From: Halogeometricum borinquense DSM 11551
Lineage (GTDB): Archaea > Halobacteriota > Halobacteria > Halobacteriales > Haloferacaceae
DNA: 32,000 bases
Direction: 5' to 3'
Assembly (NCBI RefSeq): GCF_000172995.2
Contig: NC_014729.1
Coordinates: 2,610,001 to 2,642,000 of the forward strand
Each line of letters opens with the position of its first letter. The first letter of the stretch is position 1. Under the pieces are notes generated by a model that worked only from the letters and a program-made list of their open reading frames with translations, ran no database searches and had not been told where the DNA came from. Of the stretch, positions 26,650 to 32,000 are shown piece after piece. A program made the position numbers and the translations under genes.

Positions 26650-27711
26650 ATGCTCCAGCTCGACGGGCGCGACGGTGGCGGGCAACTCGTCCGGACGGCG
26701 CTCTCGTTGTCCGCAGTCACCGGACAGGCGATCTGTATCGAGAACGTGCGCGGCGGCCGTCCGAATCCGGGACTCAAACCGCAACACGTCGCCGCCATCG
26801 AAACCGTCGGGCGGGCGACCGAGGCGACCGTTTCGGGTGTCGAAAGGGGAAGCGAGCGGTTCTCGTTCGCTCCCGAGGCGGTTCGCGGCGGCGCGTTCGC
26901 CGTCGAAGTCGGGACGGCGGGAAGTGTAGCGCTGGTTTGCGATGCCGTCGCACCACTCGCCGTCGCACTCGACCGGCCGCTGACTGTCACACTCCACGGC
27001 GGGACAGACGTGCAGTGGTCACCGCCCGTTGACTACCTCCGAGAAGTGAAGCTACCACTCCTTCGAGCGGTCGGTCTCGACGCTGAACTCGCTGTTCATC
27101 AACGAGGATTCTATCCCGTGGGTGGCGGCAGCCTCACGCTCACGATTCGCCCGTCATCACTGACAGCGCTTCGTCTCCGGCGACGCGGTCCGGTCGAACG
27201 TCTCTCCGTGTATGCTCTGGCATCCGACTCGTTAGAGTCGGCGTCGGTTGCTGAACGGTTAGCCGAGACCGTCCGCGAACGGATCGAGGATGGGTCGGAA
27301 GGAGAGGTAGTGACGGAGACAGCGGAAATCGAGACGACGGCAGAAATCGAGACGACGGCGACGTACGCCGAGACGGACTGTCCCGGCGCAGTCGTCACGC
27401 TCGTTGCGGACTGCGGCACATCGCGGGCGGGATTCGACGCTCTCGGCCGACGGGGTGTCCCGGCAGAGGACGTCGCCGAGGAGGTCGTCGATGCGTTTCG
27501 GGCGTGGCGAGCGACGGGGGCACCGGTAGACGAACACCTCGGCGATCAGCTACTCGTCTGGCTCGCGCTCGCAGGCGGTGAGGTTCGACTGCCGCACAGT
27601 ACAGCCCACGTGGAGACCAACGCCGAACTGATACGCGCGTTCGAGTACGACCTGCAGGTGGACGACAGCGAGCAAGGAGTGGTGGCGTCCGCACCGTCGC
27701 CTGAGGAGTGA
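26650..27711 (+). CDS. rtcA: RNA 3'-terminal phosphate cyclase
   Basis: 353 aa with LDGRDGGGQLVRTALSLSAVTGQAICIENVRGGRPNPGLKPQH, the canonical RtcA N-terminus, and later DEHLGDQL. Confidence 0.95.
   Translation: MLQLDGRDGGGQLVRTALSLSAVTGQAICIENVRGGRPNPGLKPQHVAAIETVGRATEATVSGVERGSERFSFAPEAVRGGAFAVEVGTAGSVALVCDAVAPLAVALDRPLTVTLHGGTDVQWSPPVDYLREVKLPLLRAVGLDAELAVHQRGFYPVGGGSLTLTIRPSSLTALRLRRRGPVERLSVYALASDSLESASVAERLAETVRERIEDGSEGEVVTETAEIETTAEIETTATYAETDCPGAVVTLVADCGTSRAGFDALGRRGVPAEDVAEEVVDAFRAWRATGAPVDEHLGDQLLVWLALAGGEVRLPHSTAHVETNAELIRAFEYDLQVDDSEQGVVASAPSPEE
27322..27357 (+). repeat. In-frame 18-bp tandem duplication inside rtcA (AEIETT x2)
   Basis: gcggaaatcgagacgacg / gcagaaatcgagacgacg match at 17 of 18 positions. 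Both copies start on codon boundaries. Confidence 0.9.
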
Positions 27712-27770
27712 GCATCGAGCGTGGAGACGGCAAGTCGAAAATGAGTTCCGAACCGTCAGTTCGAGACTGA

Positions 27771-27809
27771 CTGTTAGTTCGAGGTGGGATCGCTGTTAGT
27801 TCGAGGTGG
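27771..27809. repeat. Perfect 17-bp direct repeat (ctgttagttcgaggtgg x2, 5-nt spacer) duplicating the ABCE1 stop region
   Basis: Copies at 27771-27787 and 27793-27809. Copy 2 contains the last four sense codons plus the TAA of ABCE1. A third degenerate copy (cagttcgag) is at 27757-27765. Confidence 0.95.
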
Positions 27810-29631
27810 AGTAGTAGTACTCGCCCTCGCGTTTCTGCTGGCTGTCGAGTTGCGAACCGGGTTTGTTGATGCGGGGTCGCTGGGTGCGTTCGTCGCGGCG
27901 GAACGTGATATCGAGGTCCGAGAGGAAGTCGTTCATCCCGGCGCGCATTTCCTGCGGCGTTCTGGCGTGACCTTCGACCGAGGGTTCGCCGTCGAACACC
28001 ATCAGACGATCCGCGAGCAGGTCGATCATGTAGATGTCGTGGTCGATGACCATGACCGTCGCGTCGTGGTTCTCCGCGTAGCGACGGATCGCCGTCGTCG
28101 CCTGCACGCGCTGCTCCACGTCGAGGTGGGCGGACGGTTCGTCCATCACGTACAGGTCGGCGTCCTCCGAAAGCGTCGCCGCGATGGCGACGCGCTGGCG
28201 CTCCCCGCCCGACAGATCGTCGAGGTTGCGCTCCATGATGCGGTTGAGTTGGAGCGGATTGGCGACTTCAGTCTTCCAGTAAGACGTGCCGAAGTCGTCG
28301 GTGATCGAAGAGAGGAACGCGTCCACGCGCATCGGCTGGTCGATTTCGATGTACTGCGGTTTGTACGCGATGTCGAGGCGGAAGTCGAGTTCGCCCTCGT
28401 CGGGTTCGAGACCGCCAGCGAACATCTTCGCCAGCGTGGACTTCCCGATCCCGTTCGGACCGACGATGCCCAGCACTTCAGACTGGTAAATCGTGCCGGC
28501 CTCCACGTCGAGGGAGAACTCACCCTCGCCGTAGGACTTCGAAAGGTCGGGATACTCCACGAGGGGTTCGCTCTTCGTCGTCTCGCGCGGCGCGTGTTCG
28601 TGGAACGTAATCTCGTCGGGGCGAATCCGCATGTTCTCGTTCGAGAGATACCCCTTCAGATACTCGTTAATGCCATTACGGACGGATTTCGGGTCCGTGA
28701 TGACACCGTACGCACCGGGTTCACCGTAGGCGATATGGAGCGTATCCGCAAGCAGGTCGAGGATAGCCAAGTCGTGTTCGACCGCAAGGACGGCTTTGTC
28801 CTCGTCCTCTGCGAGTTCGCGGATGAGTCGCGCCGCGGTGACGCGTTGGCCGATGTCGAGATACGGCGTAATCTCGTCGAGGAAGTAGAAGTCGCGGTCG
28901 CGGGCCAAGGTGGCCGCGAGGGCGACTCGCTGGAGTTCCCCGCCGGAGAGCGTGTCGAGCGGTTGGTCTACGACAGGCGCGATGCCGAGTCGTTCGACGT
29001 ATTCGTCGAGTTTCCCGCGTTCGTCCGTCGCCTCCAGCAGTTCGCTCGTGATGCCATCGAACTGCTTGGGAATCTGGTCTACGTACTGCGGCTTCCGCGC
29101 GATGGAGACTTCTTCCTCGCGGACGCGTTCGATGTAGTTCTGCAGTTCCGTCCCGCGGTAGCGGTCGAGGACAGCTTCCCAAGTCGCCTCCTCGTCGTAC
29201 GTGCCGAGGTTCGGCACCATCTCGCCAGCGAGAGCGCGGACTGCCGTCGTCTTCCCGATCCCGTTCGGACCGAGAATACCTGTCACTGCGCCCGGTTCGG
29301 GCACCGGGAGACCGTAGAGAGCGAAGGCGTTCTCGCCGTAGCGGTGGATCGGTTCCTCCTGCAACTCGGTCGGGAGGTTGATGATCTCAATCGCATCGAA
29401 CGGACACTTCTCGACGCAGATACCGCACGTCTCGCCGAGACAGACCTCCTCGGAGATGCGAATCTGATCTGGGCCGCCGTCATACGGTTCGTCTTCCTCG
29501 AAATATTCGCCGCGCGTGACGATGCACTCTTTGCCCGTCCGGTTCGGCGGGCAGTAGTTGGCGCATTCGTAACTACAGCGGTCCGGTTGACACCGGTCGA
29601 GGTCAACGACTGCGATACTGTCGTCAGCCAT
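27796..29631 (-). CDS. rli: ABCE1 / RNase L inhibitor homologue (ribosome-recycling ATPase)
   Basis: 611 aa with an N-terminal 4Fe-4S ferredoxin-like cysteine region (CQPDRCSYECANYCP; CGICVEKCP), twin ABC cassettes (GPNGIGKTT, GPNGIGKST) and two LSGGE signatures. Confidence 0.98.
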   Translation of the reverse strand: MADDSIAVVDLDRCQPDRCSYECANYCPPNRTGKECIVTRGEYFEEDEPYDGGPDQIRISEEVCLGETCGICVEKCPFDAIEIINLPTELQEEPIHRYGENAFALYGLPVPEPGAVTGILGPNGIGKTTAVRALAGEMVPNLGTYDEEATWEAVLDRYRGTELQNYIERVREEEVSIARKPQYVDQIPKQFDGITSELLEATDERGKLDEYVERLGIAPVVDQPLDTLSGGELQRVALAATLARDRDFYFLDEITPYLDIGQRVTAARLIRELAEDEDKAVLAVEHDLAILDLLADTLHIAYGEPGAYGVITDPKSVRNGINEYLKGYLSNENMRIRPDEITFHEHAPRETTKSEPLVEYPDLSKSYGEGEFSLDVEAGTIYQSEVLGIVGPNGIGKSTLAKMFAGGLEPDEGELDFRLDIAYKPQYIEIDQPMRVDAFLSSITDDFGTSYWKTEVANPLQLNRIMERNLDDLSGGERQRVAIAATLSEDADLYVMDEPSAHLDVEQRVQATTAIRRYAENHDATVMVIDHDIYMIDLLADRLMVFDGEPSVEGHARTPQEMRAGMNDFLSDLDITFRRDERTQRPRINKPGSQLDSQQKREGEYYYSTSN

Positions 29632-29634
29632 AGA

Positions 29635-29961
29635 TTACAGCTGAACACCCGACGTGAGCAGGATGCCATACGAGATGAACCACAGCGTGAACGTCATGAA
29701 GACGACGTAGATGTAATCTTTCACACCGAAGTCGCCTACGTCCACGCCGACGACGCGCAGAAGGGGGAACTGCGCGAGGACGAACGCCCCGAGGACGGCC
29801 AGCGTCTGCTGATTCGTCGCCGCCTCGGACACGGGCGTCGTCCCTAAGCCGACCACCGCGCCTGACGCCAGTGCGGCACCGATACCGGCGAGACAGGCGA
29901 GCGTGGTGACCGTGACCCCTCGAACATGATCGGAGAGGCCCGTCTGCGTTTCCGTTGCCAT
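29635..29961 (-). CDS. Small membrane protein, 108 aa (possibly EMC6-like; uncertain)
   Basis: ATG at 29961 (the track start at 29988 is a TTG). It has three hydrophobic segments and ends 3 nt before the ABCE1 ATG on the same strand. Confidence 0.6.
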   Translation of the reverse strand: MATETQTGLSDHVRGVTVTTLACLAGIGAALASGAVVGLGTTPVSEAATNQQTLAVLGAFVLAQFPLLRVVGVDVGDFGVKDYIYVVFMTFTLWFISYGILLTSGVQL

Positions 29962-30112
29962 AGATACGATTCTGGTACCCGGCGTCAAAAGCCGTTCGTT
30001 CCCGTACGCGCCGAACGGAATTGACAGGACACCCCAAATATGTTATATAACTAACCATTCTTCACTGATATCCACGAAGGTTTATGGCGTTTCGACGTTT
30101 CGATTCGTAACG

Positions 30113-30403
30113 ATGGCTGAGGCAGAACAGGAGAGTCTCGACGACCTCCCTCCGAGTGCGAAGTTAGTTTTCAAAGTACTCGAATACAACGGCCCCCTGA
30201 CGCAGAAGGGCATCGTTCAGGAGTCGATGCTGTCGGCTCGAACGGTACGCTACGCACTCGAACGACTCGAGGGAATCGGCGTCGTGGACGAAGATGTCTA
30301 CTTCGCAGACGCGCGGCAGAACCTCTATCAACTCACCGAGGCGGCCCCGAAACACCCCTCGGAGGGCGATGCGGACGAAGCAGAGGCCTGCTGCGCCGAG
30401 TAA
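30113..30403 (+). CDS. Small winged-helix (MarR/TrmB-like) DNA-binding protein
   Basis: 96 aa: SAKLVFKVLEYNGPLTQKGIVQESMLSARTVRYALERLEGIGVV, a wHTH pattern, with an acidic tail. TATA-like gtttat lies about 28 nt upstream. Confidence 0.75.
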   Translation: MAEAEQESLDDLPPSAKLVFKVLEYNGPLTQKGIVQESMLSARTVRYALERLEGIGVVDEDVYFADARQNLYQLTEAAPKHPSEGDADEAEACCAE

Positions 30404-30517
30404 CCCCGCTAACTCGGGTGCGAACGGTATCGACTCACGATCACACCGCGCGGCGACGCGGACGGTAAGCTTCTCTCTCTTTCTGACTGTGAGCGATGCT
30501 TCGCACGTGCCAGAGCA

Positions 30518-30617
30518 GAGCGTCTGGGGCAGAACGCGCGTGAAGCAAAACGGAGCGTCTGAGGCAGAACGCGCGTGAAGCAAAACGGAGCGTCTGAGGC
30601 AGAACGCGCGTGAAGCA
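30518..30617. repeat. Tandem array, 35-bp unit x about 2.9 (gagcgtctgaggcagaacgcgcgtgaagcaaaacg)
   Basis: Copies at 30518-30552 (1 mismatch), 30553-30587 and 30588-30617 (truncated). There are no spacers. It lies between convergent genes. Confidence 0.95.
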
Positions 30618-30674
30618 CTGAACGGAACAAACGACAAGTGAAAGTCGGACGAAAAACAGCTCGGACCGGTGACG

Positions 30675-32000
30675 CTACGCCGGGTGGACCGTGATGCGCT
30701 GTTTGCGGTCGATAGCCTGTTCGAGTTCGTCCGCGATAGCGCTTCCGCGGGAAACCTGAATGTCGCCGCCGCGACCGACGGTCGCGGTAAAGAGGTACTC
30801 GCCGTCGGCGCGAACTTCCACCGTCTCGCCGACGTGGTCGTCCATCCGGACGACGACGTGTCGTGAGGTGACCTCTGGCGTGACGATTTCTCCTTGGTCG
30901 CCGCCACCGGACGTACCGGAACTCGCGGCCGATTGGCTCGGATTCTCCTCGTGCGTCCGCACGTCGATGTCGATGCCGAGGCGGTCCTCGATGTCCGAGA
31001 TGCGGCCGCCGCCTTTGCCGATGACGTAGGAGATGTCGTCCTCGTCCACGTAGACGGTCGCCTTCTCCTGCCCTTGCAGTTCGACATCGACGTGACCGCG
31101 AGCGATAGAGCGAATCTCGCGTTCGATTTCCTGTCGAGCGAGGCGACTGACCCCCGTCTCGTTGCGTCCCTCGCCCTCCTCGCCGAGCGGAACGGTGACG
31201 ACCTGCCGGTTGAACGTGTATATCTCGTATGCCGGCGTGTTCGTCTCGAAGTCGGTGACTTGGATGACGGGACGAGCAAGGTCCTCAGCGGTGAGTCCCT
31301 CGGGAACCTTGACCTGCGTCTGCACGTCGTAGACGGTATCGACGCGACCGTCCTCGATGTAGACGACGGTGTCAACCACTTGTGGAATCATCCCGAGTTC
31401 GACGCGGCCGACGAGACGTTGGAGAGCGTCGATAGCGCGGGTAGCGTGGACGACACCGACCATGCCGACGCCCGCAAGACGCATATCTGCGAACACCTCG
31501 AAGTCGTCGGTTTTCCGCACCTCGTCGTAGATCGTGTAATCCGGACGAACGAGCAGGAGAGAGTCGGCCGTCTTCTCCATCTGGCCGTCGAGAGCGGTGT
31601 ACTGGGTGATTTCGGGACCGACCTGCAGGTCGCGCGGTTTTTCCATCGTCTTCACCGCGTAGTCGCTCTCGTTGAGGAATTCGGCGACGGCCTGCGCGAA
31701 CGTTGACTTCCCGGCACCGGGTGATCCCGAGATGAGGACACCGCGCTGGCGTTCGCTGAGTCGGTCGCGCAGTTCGTCGGCGAACTCGTACTCGTCTAAG
31801 TCCGTCTTGACGATAGGTCGGACAGCGGTAATCTCGATGCCGTCGGAGAACGGCGGGCGAGCGAGCGCGATGCGGTAATCGCGGAACTGGACGATGCTCA
31901 TGCCGGGTTCGGCGAGTTCGACGAAGCCGTTGGGACTCGCGCGAGCGGAGTTCTCGATATCGTCGGCCCACGCCTTCATCGTCTCCTCGTCGGACACCTC
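30675..32000 (-). CDS. PIN-domain/PilT-like ATPase with C-terminal KH domain; 5'-partial (N-terminal PIN domain outside the window)
   Basis: Walker A GSPGAGKST, Walker B-like YDEVR, and a KH-like C-terminus (VDEDDISYVIGKGGGRISDIEDRLG). The frame stays open to the window edge, and the track 'M' at 31997 is a GTG. Confidence 0.85.
   Translation of the reverse strand, partial: EVSDEETMKAWADDIENSARASPNGFVELAEPGMSIVQFRDYRIALARPPFSDGIEITAVRPIVKTDLDEYEFADELRDRLSERQRGVLISGSPGAGKSTFAQAVAEFLNESDYAVKTMEKPRDLQVGPEITQYTALDGQMEKTADSLLLVRPDYTIYDEVRKTDDFEVFADMRLAGVGMVGVVHATRAIDALQRLVGRVELGMIPQVVDTVVYIEDGRVDTVYDVQTQVKVPEGLTAEDLARPVIQVTDFETNTPAYEIYTFNRQVVTVPLGEEGEGRNETGVSRLARQEIEREIRSIARGHVDVELQGQEKATVYVDEDDISYVIGKGGGRISDIEDRLGIDIDVRTHEENPSQSAASSGTSGGGDQGEIVTPEVTSRHVVVRMDDHVGETVEVRADGEYLFTATVGRGGDIQVSRGSAIADELEQAIDRKQRITVHPA

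Noticed and set aside
27784-29847. 687-aa ORF antisense to ABCE1 and the small membrane gene
   Set aside because: The same shadow-ORF logic applies: it shares codon phase with ABCE1 (position congruent to 1 mod 3). It has no motifs and an Arg/Val-rich composition unlike the acidic real proteins of this window.
30518-30617. Reading the 35-bp repeats as a mini CRISPR array
   Set aside because: The units are directly abutting with no spacers, and there are no cas genes or leader. This is a tandem repeat, not a CRISPR array.
30164-31375. 403-aa minus-strand ORF spanning the wHTH gene, the repeat array and part of the ATPase gene
   Set aside because: It is an Arg/Ser/Thr-rich out-of-frame shadow of the ATPase gene that reads through an obviously non-coding tandem repeat.

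Overview
The window reads as core chromosome of a haloarchaeon (class Halobacteria). Evidence: GC-rich with strong GC3 bias, very acidic proteins, thermosome, ribosomal protein L40e, Sec61beta, ABCE1, archaemetzincin, Tat-type lipoprotein signals, and TATA boxes about 27-30 nt upstream of start codons (leaderless transcripts). I support about 40 CDS and one tRNA-Ser(GGA). They are almost all housekeeping: threonine dehydratase, cydAB, RidA, thermosome, OCD-family enzyme, LeuRS, two tandem Hsp20, PheA, HisH, PhnDCE, UDG plus DUF99, L40e, thioredoxin, Sec61beta, PdxT, HisE, NpdG, HAD hydrolase, UPF0146, archaemetzincin, Usp, RtcA, ABCE1, a wHTH regulator and a PIN/KH ATPase. Four credible genes fall below the 60-aa ORF-track cutoff: L40e, Sec61beta, a 44-aa CPxCG zinc ribbon and a 59-aa charged protein. 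Several track ORFs carry spurious N-terminal extensions. I see no transposase, integrase, CRISPR array, toxin-antitoxin pair or defence-type gene, and no convincing new multi-gene system. What the gene models do not explain is mostly non-coding. The items are a 35-bp x3 tandem array of hairpin-plus-T4 modules (30518-30617); a tRNA T-arm remnant in an AT-richer segment after tRNA-Ser; short tandem duplications straddling the stop codons of three minus-strand genes (hsp20, DUF99, ABCE1); a perfect 15-bp x2 repeat upstream of cydAB; and a palindrome at the phn promoter. Modest neighbourhood observations are UDG-DUF99, Usp-RtcA and a small membrane protein with ABCE1. All family calls rest on motifs recognised by eye; no searches were run.
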